Shown here: positions 1 to 14,600 of the stretch, one piece after another | Layout: every line of letters begins with the position of its first letter | Numbering within the stretch: position 1 is the stretch's first letter | DNA from: Tubiluchus corallicola | Lineage: Eukaryota > Animalia > Priapulida | Assembly (NCBI GenBank): GCA_030141605.1 | Contig: JAQGDQ010000083.1 | Span: forward strand, 62,001-126,000 | Length of the DNA: 64,000 nt | Direction: 5' to 3' | Program-made: the position numbers and the translations under genes | Notes under the pieces: generated by a model | The model's input: only the letters and a program-made list of their open reading frames with translations | Told to the model about the DNA's origin: nothing | Database searches by the model: none

Positions 1-892
1 AAAGAAGTTAACGCTACAATCTTACTATCTCTTGCTCTGAATTTAATTAAGGCTACCTGTAAAAACCTAACTTAAAACAATCATGCGCTCTAGGTTGGAA
101 ACTACATGATGAGAAATATAAACCATAACAGCGATTATTTAATGAAGTTATTTCAGAGGCATGCTACTGCAGCGGATGCCATTTATGCCTAATAAGTAAA
201 GTCAATGACAGACTACGCCAAGGTAAACATGTAGAAACCTCTATTTCAAAAGTATTAAGTTTCCAGCAAATGTACATACTTGTACATGGCTTAGCTCAGT
301 TAGTTGAGCCAATCCAGTTGGACACTAAAGCAGCTTATTGAAGCAAACTACCTAACATAACATGGTTTAATCTGTTCAGCAAACGAATGCTGTGTAGTAG
401 TGTTGGAAGCCACAGGACCTTGGAACTTCACTGCATGGGGAATTCAGAAACAGAAAGGCCCTTCAAGGGCAACGGTTCGTCAGCTTCTACGACAACAGTT
501 CTTAATGCTTTGTGGTCCCAATTTCCCATATGCAATTATGAATCATTCATCCTTCTACACAGGTCTTACAACATTCTGCATACTCGAATTCCCAAAGCAC
601 ACTAGGCCTAATGTACTTCAACTAATTTACAGAAGTACGACAATTTGTCTTACCAAAGCTTAACAACTAAAGCTTAGATCCTGTGCATTTTTTCAAGCAA
701 AATAGCCTTTAAAAATAGGAAAATTAAAAGCTTGAAAGACAGCAAGAAAATAATTCGACGTGCATACCGCATTGAAAAGCGAAACGCAAAATAACTTCTG
801 ATAATCTGAAATACGTAGATTTGAAATGAGATAGAAAATTAAACAGGAGACAGAAAGAGCGACAGATATGCGGTTAGACACAGACACAGACA

Positions 893-1396
<504 letters not shown>

Positions 1397-2149
1397 CTAT
1401 TTATTAGGAGTGGATAGACTGGATTGTAGTTTACAGCAAGTTTACAACCCTACTACAAATACACGGAATGGTTTTTTGATCACATAAGATTTACACGGCT
1501 AAAGAGAATGTGTTGCCGCGGAATTCCCCAACATCAATATCCAGGGCAATACAGGTGTAAGTTACAGGTGAGTTAATGCACTTCCACCCAGGTAATCAGA
1601 GCAGAGAAATCAGCAGGCGGTTGCTAGGTACGCCATTCAAAAAGATGTAAAATTAAGAGGAGGGTGTGCTAAGTGAGGTTTATTTTTCTAAGGAAAGGTT
1701 GCAAAGGTTTTTTTGTAAAAACACCTCACAACTACGTTTATCCATTGTAATGCCACAAACAGCAAGTAATAAAAGATCAGCAGTTATAGCTTTAATCATC
1801 AATTTTGATTAAATAAATGATAAGTGTTTATGCATCGCGCACAAATAACGAGCAAATATTTTTACAGAATAGTGCAATATGTCTGCAACATTACACTTAC
1901 AATATAGGCTCATTCCAGAGAACCTATAAAAACGTATTACAAAATTTTCTTGTGTGTATCTGGCCTATGGGGAAATTTGTCACAATATTGCATGCACGCA
2001 TACCATAGTATGATTTGCATATAGTATTATTTGCAGGAGCAGTATAACATTAATCTCGTAAGCCATATGTACCCGAGAAATTACTTATGCATGTCAAATT
2101 TTATGCTTTTAAAATCGTGATACCTTTCTTATAACATCCAGTGTATTAA

Positions 2150-2528
2150 CAGGGTTCCCACAGAATTTTAAAATAAATTTCGCTGACTTTTCCATGACCT
2201 TTCCCTTACCAAATATTGATTTTCTAAGATCAAGATAAGCAGAAATTGGATTACCAGTATACATATTCAAACATTTTTATGTATGGACATTCATACATAA
2301 ATTGATATAATGTGTCGGTCAATCATTACTTTTGGAATAGAAATCGTTTATTTGAACATGAATAGCTGAAAAATATGTTTGGAAAAATATCGATTCACGA
2401 TGATTATTTTTGCAATCCTTTCCAACTTCCCTGACTTTCGCCCAATTTTCATCATTTTCCCCGACTTTTCCATTACTTTACAGGATAGCCTGCATTTTCA
2501 AGGATTTTCCCTGACCAAGGGAACCCTA
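2150..2528 (+). mobile_element. MITE with CAGGGTTCC termini (copy 1)
   Basis: CAGGGTTCCCACAG...GGGAACCCTA, subterminal TTTCC(C/A)TGAC repeats; reverse-complement homolog at 60860-61322. Confidence 0.8.
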
Positions 2529-2644
2529 TGTATATTGCCACAACATACGTGCATGTACATTATTTATATAGCATGATTTGAATAACATTGTTTGCCAGCA
2601 AATTATATATGCATGCAAAATTTTAAACTTTTCATTAGTGATAC

Positions 2645-5600
2645 CTTTCTTATATCATCTAGTGTATGTATTTCGGGAGAAAGGCCACCGTGAACACACA
2701 GAAATTGTTGGTTCATTATCGCTGCTAGAGGTAAACAATCGAATGCTTCCATACACGCGTCGTAAACCCTCTCCGAGTATTTGATTTTGCCTGCAAAAGA
2801 ACAAGAAAATAAATTTATTTCTCTATTTCTTACTAGATACTGTAACTGGATGCCGACACAAGTTCAATTCTAGTTAGTTCAACTCCCAGTTTAAAATACG
2901 CTAACAGCGTCTTAACTCTACTATGATCCTAGATAGTATGCGCAAATGCAGCTGAACAAATCGGGCCGATTGTGTCAAAGAATTATTACGATGACAATAT
3001 AAATCCAATCAGGTTTTTCCACTAAATGTCAAGATGAAAAGGCAAGTAGTCAGATATTCGCCTCTTTACTAGCAACCGCAGCTACACACGCACGCACATA
3101 TACACGCACGCACACGCACACACACACACACACATAACTGTGCGTATGTGTGTGTATGAGCAATTATGAGCATTGAACAGCTTGCAATTCTGCTAGTACA
3201 TTTGAGCCCAAATATAAGATCACAAATAAATGATTGCAGAAACTATGCATGAAAATCCAGAAACTGGGAACCTTCAAGTGTACTTTTCTTCCATAATGGA
3301 AGAGAATTTATTCGCCAACGCATTTACGCGCCGTGGCAGCTTAACAAGATTTCTCATGAACCGGTAATATTTTAGTTTATGCAACCCACAGAAAAACTGG
3401 AAAATTCTTCGAAAATTAATCGATCATATTTTTCAACAAGCTGGCGCTAAAACACGACTTCAATCGTTTCCCTGTAATTCATTCTGTTTATGAGCGCAAG
3501 TTTAATATCCGCGCGAATGGCATTCAATGTTGCTATATTGAAACCCATAAAGCATGATACATGTACACATCGCCAGTGTGTGTCAACTGTCTTTGGCAAT
3601 ATTTTATTTAATTTAAGCTAAACTTTATTATAATGTTCAGGCCCTTTCAGCTAATAACACAAGGAAAATCGCGGACATTTTTATGGTAAGTACTAGTACT
3701 AATGAGACATTTTTGATCTTGCGCAACATCCATAATGGCAGGCAACGTTATTTATTTACATGTAATTAGTTTCTGTTAGGTTAATATCGGTTTCACATCA
3801 TCGAAACTATAACACCTGAAACAAATTCTTTATTATATCCAGCTAGTTAGAGAAACAACCAAAAACGGCTACTGGACCAAAAACAACTAGTCTAAATTGA
3901 TCATATACAATTGTATCGTTTTATTTATTTGCTTATATTATTTATTCAAACATAACAGATTGATCCGGTCACGAAGTTATGTGAAAATGTTTTGTTCACT
4001 CATCAAATTTTAAAAACATAAAAAGAGGGTGAACAGAAATGGCAACGGAGACATGGTAAATGTCTGATGTAACGCAAATTTACGGCAACAACGATAAGAC
4101 GTGTTGTCGACGAAGGCAGGTGAATAGCTAGTGGTCACGTACGTATTCCTCGCGACCAAAGTTTAAGCCACTTCGTCACTGAAGTGCTTGTGACAGTCTG
4201 GATTCAATACTCCTGGGTGGCTCTTTAGTCTTTACCTCGCTGAAGGATTTTTATTCACATCCATGTGTCGTTGAGACACTTCTGCTGGAACAATCTCTCA
4301 TCTTGTAGGAGCACGAGCCGTAGCAAATGAGCGAAGTTTTCGCCAATAATCCACATGAAGTTAGCTGTACCACTGAATACTTGCTTGTAGAATGTCGAAT
4401 TGAATAACAAAGTTGCATCCATTAGTAATCTCCGGAGCAAAGACGTTTTCTAATTTGCTTTATGATCTCACGCTCGAGGAAGTCCTCAAAATTTGTATTC
4501 TTGTTCATTACATTTGAAAGTTGCGTACACAAATGTAGCAAGAAAGCCAAAAAACAGCACTGCTGCACAGCAATGCAGCAGTAATACAACAGACGAAGCA
4601 GTGACAGAGATAAAGGGTTAACAGAAGTTCCTACTACATCCGAAAGAATCTACGGCAATCCGTTCGTTCAGAAGATTAAATTTTACGGGAATTTACTAAG
4701 GAACTCCACCCATTTCTCGAAGTTTTGGATGTGGCGCATCGTGAAATTCAATAGCCTGCGTCAATAGCTTGGTGAGACGGCTTTATCGTTATCGGCTCAA
4801 ACATTCAAAGTTGGAAATGGATTCAGGAAAACGACACCTAGCCTTCATAATGTTATTCGCTGCCTTTATGTTTGTGTCAGTACGAATTTACACAGCAAAC
4901 ACACGAGCATTACTTTGTGGTATAAACTGATGAAGCTGCCAGACAATACAGCATGTTGTCCAAATAAAATAGACTCGTCAACGCACGCAATCAGCGTTGC
5001 AGGCAAAGAGCGTTAATGTCGCAAGTTTATTGTTTCCTATAACTGCTGAAAATATGAGGAAGATGGGAAGAGCAAAGTGAAAACGAAATTCAGGAACAAG
5101 GGGAAAAAGGAAGCGAGCAAGAGGGAGAGAGAGACAAAGAGAGATAGATAGAGTGAGAGAGAGAAGGGGGAGGGGAGGGGAGGGGAGGGGAGGGGAGAGG
5201 AGAGGAGAGGAGAGGAGAGGAGAGGAGAGGAGAGGGGAGGGGAGGGGAGAGGAGAGGAGAGGAGAGAGAGAGAGAGAGCGAGAGAGAGAGAGAGAGAGCG
5301 TTATGACAAAATTTTTAGAAAAAATTGTTGCATTACAAATCTGTATCTCGTATAAGATGATAATAATTCAAAAAATATTCTGAGCTAAAAGAGTCAGTTA
5401 CTTCTTTTCTTCCGTACTCGCCATTTGGTCCTAGAAACGGGCACGCAATACTACAGTAGAAATCATTTTCATTTTAATGTCAAATGAATGGCTATCCGAA
5501 AGGGTTAAAACCTTCGTAAAGATCCTAAGAAAGTTCACAAATTTATTTTCATCGGTATTATTATTATTATTAACATCATTTTATTTCGAATACACTTTAC

Positions 5601-8600
5601 ATAAGTAAAGTATGTATTTTACAATGTTAGTCCAGAGGTGGAATTACATACCACCACAACAGAGACCACGTTCAATCATACGTCAATCCCACCGGTCTAT
5701 TGTATAAACTTAAGTACGTATGCTTAGTATTGCGTGTAAGATTTGGTCTTCATTAAACACTGGATTTTACCTCTACTAATAGTGTGAGTGCAAGTAGAAA
5801 TGCTGAATAAATGTGAATACCACCTAATTCAAAACTAGAGGACGTGTGGGCGTATATGAACGGCTGAGAGCCCGCAAAAAGGTCGTAAAAGCAGAAATGT
5901 CGGGCGGTCATTGTAAAAGTGAAATGTTTGTGTTTATTAGGGTCTTATAAAATTTAAACATTTGCATGATTTTGGTACTGTTGGATGTAGCTGTCAGAAT
6001 TTGGAGATTTACCTAGTTATCTATACTGAACAAATGTGATAAAAACATTACATGATACCCGTATTTGTTTCAAACAGGTTTAGAAAACTTTAAGTCACGT
6101 CAAGAAAAATTCTTTTCTATATCCCTACGGCAATTTATGATTTTTGGAAAAGCGGAAAATAATGCGCTTACGAGTTTTCACGACTCCGGAAAAATCTACA
6201 TTTCTGCAATTCCAGACTCCCACAGGCCTTCGAATGTAAAACACAGAATTTCACAAAATTCAAGAAAACAGAAGAGTCTTACATGGAAGAAATTAACAAT
6301 AAACTAAACTCGCTACAATATAAATCCAGCAAACATCCCGGCATCGAGGATATTAAAAATTTTGCATGCAGTTTACTAAATCAGAAAGTTGGAAGTTTCG
6401 GCTGACATTATATGTAAACAAGGCTGGGGAAGCCAGCGCCGTTTAGCAGCATCACCACACAGCATTAGTGATAACGACATGGTAATGGGAGACCTATTCA
6501 TTGTTCACTAATGAAAACCCCGGATTATAGTCATTAATGCGACCAATAAAAGTTCAATTAGTGGCACTTAGTACAGGCTGTAGTTACACGAATATCAATA
6601 TTTTGACAACTGTTACAAGCGTCGCACTGACTGAAAAAGGCAAACTGCAGTATTTCCAATGAGGTACGACAGTTTAATGTCATAATGCTTGAGAACGATA
6701 TTCCCTATTAAGAATGCGCATTGCACACCAGGGGGACGACATATGGCGACTGCCCGGGTTGAAGACAATGGCTGGATGTTTTATTAAAAGAGTTTTCGAG
6801 CTTTTTCCAAATTGAGAGTGGTTTTCAGGGCCCACTGGGACCATAGAGAAACAAATGGGAAGCCATTAAGCCATAACGACCGAGTGGAGATACTGACAGA
6901 TACGCTGCTCCGGGGAAGCTGTACTTTTGCGGAATAACGATCGCCCTCTCAGCTTTGCACACAGTCGAAATTCACATAACATGTGCGTGTGCCATTTATT
7001 ACATTATGTATGAGGAGGAGATAGCATTTATGAGTAGAGGACTACGTTTTGCGAACGAAAGTGATGTCTTGAGTGTATAAAACAGGAGGATATATGCAGT
7101 ATCTATACTCTTATATTAATATTCTTGGTATATATATATATATAAGATTCGAGGCTACAGCCCGGACGAGGGCACCATTTGCGGCGATCTATATATCAAA
7201 CGAAAGGTCTCGATCTAGTGTCTTCTCATTGATCGTTTATTTTTCGAATCGGGCCCACCGGGAGAAAGGGGAGGCGAAAAACCTCCAAAAATGCCCCTTT
7301 TTCGACCGTTTTTTGCAAAAAATTGCAAAAGTTATACGGCTGAGATGTAGAGAACGGGAACGGGCCGAGGGGGGTACTGGGTATGGATAGATAGCCCGTT
7401 CAGCGGTGGGTGTAGTATGACTATTAATAAGCATTCGGGATTCCAGAATTTTTTTGTTTGGTGTAAAACCTGCTTGGTAAAATTCACTCAGTGTGTTAAA
7501 GCACGGTTGGCTTGACTAACAGGCTGGTTAAGCAAGTGACCGACTGGCTGATTTTGTAACCGACTGCCTGACTGCACTGTGGACATTCATTGGTCTTTTT
7601 GGTCTTGGAACGAAAAGTTTGGCACAAAACCAGGGACGTTATGACCCGGACTCCTTTCAGTGGCTTTGTTGGCGGTTCATTACAGGTCGATGTGAGCTAG
7701 AAATACAACCGACGTACATTTGGAGCTGATCGATGAAACACAGATTCTCCGTGAAGTACACATTGTGGCCTAAAAGCTGCATGAATTTTTCAAGGGAACG
7801 TTCACTACCTATAATGACTACACAAGAATCTACGCATTCAAAGAAAGGGGGGAGGAGGGGTATTTAATTTACTCAACAGGAAGACTTATAAGTAAATCAG
7901 CACTAATCGTTTTTCAATAGTGGTCAAGACACCTAGATATGACGCTATGCCATTTCTCCACAGCTTGTCTAATAGTCTCTCAACAACCCATCACTTTCTT
8001 CACTCACTGTCATTAGCATTTATTTTTACCTGTGTATTTGTGCAAATATCTGGATGTGGTAATTGTGTGGAGAAAAAATTAATTCGGGGTTAATTGTTGA
8101 AGACTTGTAATTTTGATGGGGAAAAAATTAAATTTTACTCAGTTCATTCCATAGGTAATGTGTTAAATTTTTGATGTGAAACTGAGGTATGCAAATTAAA
8201 GTAGACAAAATTTACACAGAACTGTCTGTCAGTGAAATAAAAACTTGACAAGAATCCTACTGACTATAAAGAAATAAAGCTGTGATGCGATGGTGAAATA
8301 TGATGAATTTAGAGTAATTTACAGACTTGAACAAATAATTATTACTCGTAGTTAAATGCAAAGAAAGTATTAAAGCAATGAAATGCCACAAACTCTCATT
8401 GCGGAAATAATTAACAGATAGGAATCATCTGGCACTGTAACTCAAACATGTAACTGCTGCCATAGACATAAAAATGGATGACCTGCATGGCTAAACGCAG
8501 AAACCAAGAACAGAGTGCCAATGAAGCCGATAACAACAATCAATAACATTACCGCTTCAATGGTCAGGCTATTGATCATGGCACAATGTGCATGATGTCT

Positions 8601-11600
8601 GTTAGGCGAAGTGGACAAGAGAGGCCTTGAAACCGCCCGTTATTAGCTAAACTGATTAGCAGGAAATTGTCCACAAAATGTAGGCCACTTTCGTGACATT
8701 GGTTAAGCAAAGCCTCGTTAAGCACATTCAATGCCAGACTTCTGGAAAACTGAGGAATGAGAATGGAAATGGATGTTCAATGTTAGCATAGAGCGACATG
8801 TGAAATAGACACGCCAATTTTTGCTAAGCAGAGTCTCGGTCGCACACTGCTATTTGTAACGTAATTTAAGACTAACACAGCTTTTCACGTTGTTAATGCA
8901 ACATAAGAATCATCTTAGCAATTTAATTTAATTTTGTGTGCTCTCATACGGCTGCTCAAGTATTTGCATAATTATGTGAAAGCATAAAATGAACAACAAG
9001 ATGTTTATTTACAAAACAATAGTAGCAGCAAAGGTATTATATCCATTAAGAATAAGTTATGCAACTTCTACTTTTACAGAAATGAAAATTTTATGATCAG
9101 TGAACATGATAACATAAAACTGGAAACAATTATTAGGCACCAAGTTACACACCCTGCTAACCTCACAGTCCAGAAAAACAAAAATTGATGGAAAAGATAT
9201 AGCAACAAAGGTATTACATGTATACCCTACATGAATTCACACTTAGGCTTTATTGTCCTAGAATCTTTGAAGATATAAATATCACTAGATTGCTCTGCAA
9301 AAATATACAGAAAGCTATGATGACTTGGATTACCAATGGCAACTGGTAAGATTTCCTAATCCAAGGCAATAAAGGTGAAGTTCGGCTGGAGAGAATAAAA
9401 TAATAGCGTCAAGGTTAAATGCGATTAAAAGTTTAAATGCAACTACACACATCAAAAATGAAATCTTAACATATACAGAGGGAAATATAGCAAATACATT
9501 TATGCAATAACTTGTTTGTAATTGAGGGTGAAAACCCATTATTATTGAAAATCTAAAACGAAACTTGATCAAAAGTGAGTGAATGTAAAAAGGATTTGGA
9601 TCATAAAACTGTGGATTACAAGTTCAGAACAATGTTTAGTAGACTGCTTCACATTTCTATACTTTTGGTTAATGTTAGTTTCAACATTTAAACAATTCAC
9701 AATCTTGAAATTAGGACTACAAAACTAACTAGTTTGATATACAAAAACAATTTATTGTCTCAACTGATTTATGTGTTGTGTTGTGACATTTTCTGATTTG
9801 TGTCCAAAATACGATACGACAAAATGTGCAAAAATAACGAACAAGCCACGTTATATTGCTCATACATAGTAAAACTAATGTATACAAAAGTACAGTGTAG
9901 TAGAAAATTCAAAGATTTGAAGATGAAGATGAGTGACCATCAGTCTAGAACTACATTTGTATGAATTTACCAAATCGCATAAAACACAAATATTGTATTA
10001 CAAACATTAATACCTGCAGTATTAAGGGTCGAAAAAATATATACCGATTAAATTAAATTAAAATGTATACCCAAATTTAATATACATCCGTTACGCAATT
10101 TGCATTTACATTTCTCATACATTAAAATTATACAGGCACAAAAGTTTCCTTATACTGTGTCAGGCGAACAAAATAGTGTCTGAAAAATTACATGGGAAAT
10201 TATTAGTGACACATAAGATGGAAGCAAGACACGGGAATGAAAGAATTACGATTGCAGAGAAATGCTGGAGAAGCCAGTACAAACCACAACGAAGTCAGAG
10301 AGCCACAGTATCATATACCTAGCTAAATATACCTACAGTTGAATCTATCTTCAAATATCAAAATTTGCTATTCCTTTACAAATACATAAACGATCCACGC
10401 CAGCTTTCAACAGCAATCCATTACCCTTCATCAACGACAAACAACTAATACAAGAACAAGTAATATTAAGCAAATAAAAACTAACAACAAATATGGTCAC
10501 AAGCAGGTTTGCAAATAAGTGATAAGTGAACACAGCCCGGTTCAACAGCCTTTGTGCATTAAAATAAAATATATCTGCATACAATAAAAGAGAAAACGTC
10601 CCGAACACTCCTCACGAATCAACAATAGGTTCACACGAAATTCTTTGGTACACATATAAATGTAGACGATGACATTCTTATGTAAATTATAACATGTAAA
10701 CGGCTGCAAAATTTTTAAAACTTTTATCTTGTACATAGTGGTAAATTTGTAAATCTGTATATATACTATCGTATTTAATGCTTGACACATTAACACTATT
10801 TACCTGAATAGTTCACCTGTAGGCCCTTCACATTGTTTTTTATCATGCTTATTAACAGTGTTGCTAACAACAGTTAAATGTTTAAACTGATTATATAACC
10901 AAGTGAGAATGTGTACTTTTAATATGTATCATTTGGCTGTTGTATAACAGATGCAATAAATAGTTTTTTTTATAAATATTACATTTTATTATATTATTAG
11001 AATGACATGGTGTCACTGTTAGGTTTTATTATGTGACTGATAACCAATGTGTGGCTGCGTTGGTTATTTACTCTTTCACAAAAAAAAAAGACTGATGACA
11101 TCAAACGCCCGAGTCTGACTTTCAGTGTCAGATGCAACAGACTTTTTCTGAACATTTCAAACGTTCTTATCAATTATGAATCTCAGAGAGAAGAGCCACT
11201 GGGATTCCGCCTCCAATTCGAACTAATTTAATTTTGCGAGCTTTTGAGAAAGCAGAATTTCTTATCAAGTTTTCTCGAATCAAAGGCACTAACCAAATGT
11301 AACCATTTCAAAAGCTTTTTGGGAAATAGCAATACTTAATGGTTGACATTTAAGTTTAATGATGTGCTTGTAAACACTTATAATATAAAAACATAATACA
11401 TAATATAATACTTTTTAATTAAGAGGTCACCAGACCTTATTAAGCAATTTAGTCTGATTTTTCTTAAAGCATTCACAACTCTAATCACTATTATCAGCAT
11501 CACGTATAACAAATACAAGAAGAACATTAATTCGGGTCCTTTTTAGGCAATGGGCAGGTCTGTAAAAGATCATTTCCATTAAAACAATCAGTTCCTCTCC

Positions 11601-14600
11601 ATCAAAGATGGAGGACATAAGGACATTATGTTCACTTTCAGAAATGAACCCTGCACTTAAAACTAGGGGCGAGAATCGAACGTTGGAATTCGATGCGAAC
11701 GAGTTTTTTTAGTTCGAATTTGATTTGAAGCTAAAACTATAGATTCGAATAATTCAGCACTTCAACCACATGCGTTCTTTATCATTAAAACATTTGAAAC
11801 ATTATGCAATTAGCGTAATTTAGCTCAAATTTCTGTGCACAATTTTTAAACAAATTATTAGAAGTTTTGCTGCAGAAAAAGTCTTTTACTATGATCTTTG
11901 TAAGACAATTTTTGTTGGTGGTTCGAAAACGCGTTCGAAAGTCTTTCAATCTCAATTCGAATTCAATTTGAATTCGAAATACCAAAGTTTGATTCCATTC
12001 GAATTCCAAAGTGACAAATTTGATTCGAATTTGCTTTCTGGTAGAGACTGCTACTTAAAACCATATGAATGGTCATAATAAATAAAACTGAACAAAATTA
12101 AATAATAATAAAATTCAGTAGCCGCAAAAGTATGGAATACAAGTGTAGCATATAAGGGTACTATCAATTTTGCTTTAAGACCAGGTTTACTGATTTGAAT
12201 AAAAATGTTTTCTTTTCAAAAACAGAGCACCAGATGACTTACTACTGTAATAACATAAATGTGTTCATAGTATAGTAGAAAAATACTCTAGCAAACATAT
12301 GTTTAGCAATGCTACACATTACTCATATTTGTTTGTAAACTTGACTGTAGCAGAGCAAAAAAAACACCAGTAAGTAGCAAGAACAGTCGAAACACCAGCA
12401 CTCATTCTACAAATTGCACAAACTTGCCACACGCAAGAGACGGCTGTTATTCTTGGATCTTCAACCACAATTAGTGTAAGAGGTACTTGAAAAATCCCGG
12501 CTGATGTCTCCAGACGTGAAGTACCAGAACATTTCGTCGAAACTTTCAGCACTAATTTACCCAAGAGTTCCAATTGGGAAATTTCCATGCTGCACATGTA
12601 TAGTTGATGAGCATCTGTCTCTTATTCGGTCGATTTGCCATCCTGACGGGACAGTATGGTGAGAATCCCTGGGTGGTGTTGGTCCATTCTTAGCTACGAT
12701 AGCTAGGCAGTCACAAGTTTAGTTAGCAAATGGACAAACTACTAGAGGTAGCCAGTCAGTGAGGACCAGTCAATGAGTTAGAAGAGTTTTAGTGGCAAGA
12801 TGACATCTAATTATTGAGGCTAGGTTATAATTTTTTATCAAAAGTGTTTCATGAACGTTGTACTGCACTTCTTTGCCACTTAAATTTTTGTTTAGTTGCA
12901 CATGGTAGCTATTTGAATTTTTGCTAATATGTTGGAAAGTTTGTAGGTATTTTTATAAATCAATTTTATATGTTTAAATGTTAAAAAAAATTTTTGCCTA
13001 CAGATTTTACACTTTGGACAAGTTTTGCTATCGAAACGTCAAGAATCAAAATGGGCATTTGTGGTTTTGTTCATAATTAAAGCTAGATTCCCTCATCATC
13101 CATCTAAATAGGATATTCACAACATTTCACATTTGGTCTTTACCATCCAAAAAGTACTTAAATGATATGTACAATGAAATAATGACTACAAAACAAAGAA
13201 TGTTGACATTTGCTGTATAGCAATTTAAGTATTTCTATAAAGGGCAGTTTAATTTTATACAAGTATGTATTTGGTCTCGGGTTAAAAAATTGTCAGAATT
13301 TTCAAAAAAATTTACTTTTTCAAGGTATTGTGATTATCTTATAACAAAGAGTATGCTTTAAAATTCTTTTCTAATTAAAATAGTGTTCTGCACATTCATT
13401 TGTTGAACTTTAACTGTCAAATGCGAAAGATAAACAATCATAAGGCAAAGAACTTAGTAGCACTCACTGAGTTTGGCATCAGTTAGACAATCACATTTTG
13501 TCTGTTCACATGTAACTGTACCAGCTTTTTTACATGTACTACCTAGGCTGACACGCTTTATCTTCACTGTCTAACTTTGTCAAAGGCGACTCTTTCGTAT
13601 GCAACTAAAATGGATCTGCACATCTATACAAGAACTTGTTTTTACATTACACTACGAAAGTGCTCACAAATCTACAGGAAAGCCATGAGTTGAATAATTT
13701 GATATTCTGCAGCAAAGAAATGCATAATACATGTGTCTCTACATTATGTCCCTGCTGGCTGGCAGGAAGGAATTGCCTGATACATGTACCTCGGGACCAT
13801 TTCCTTAGCGAATGGCACCGGGGAAATGAGTGACATGTGCGTCTCCGCATTATGTCCTTGGTGGCTGGCAGAAAAAAACAGCATGACACATTCTTGACGA
13901 CGTTTCCTTGGTGACTAGAAGCAGAGAAATGTGCGATACATATCATCATTTTCTAGTTGGTCATATTCGACCCCTGGTGACATCACAGACTATCTCTCTC
14001 TCTCTCCATACATGTCTATCTCTTGCTTGCTCCATCATCTCCTGCAGTGATCTCACTTCAACTAGGTCCTTCAACAGATCTAGACCCGGAGTTGTTATCT
14101 TGGACTTTACCAAACAAGATGTCTTTTTGCAGTGAGTCATCTGCAGGAATAACATGCTCAAAACTGAGCTTATCCTACTAGAATAGTAGATATGATTTGG
14201 TGTTGGAAAATGGCATTTCTCCAGAACAAATTTATTGACTTTCCTTCTTCTCCAGATGATACGTATGTGTCTATTATCCTAGTGGCTGGCAGCAGGGAAG
14301 TGCATGATGCATATGTCTCAGCATTATTTCTCAGGTACCTGACAGCAAGGAAATCCATGATACACATGTCTCAACATTATTTCCTTGGTAGGTGGCTGTG
14401 GGGCAATTCATAGTATGAGTGTCTTGACATTATTACCCTGGTTGCTGGCAGCAGGGAAATGCATTTTGCATTACGCCTCTGCATTACTTCCGTGGTGGCT
14501 GAAAGCAGGGCAATGGATAATACATTCATTTCGGTGGTTGGCAATTATATCTCTGGTGGTTGGCATGATAAGCATGATACATATGGCTCGGCATTATTTC

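Noticed and set aside
288-330. tRNA gene (TAGCTCAGTTAG A-box-like)
   Set aside because: No B box or cloverleaf; at most a decayed SINE head.
4926-4960. Intact hammerhead at CTGATGAAGCTG...CAGC (and CTGATGAGA at ~63848)
   Set aside because: The required GAAA after stem II is absent.
11664-12053. Heat-shock element cluster in TTCGAA-rich MITEs
   Set aside because: Mostly TTCGAA/GAATTC without the 2-nt spacing of nGAAn arrays; explained as hAT subterminal repeats.
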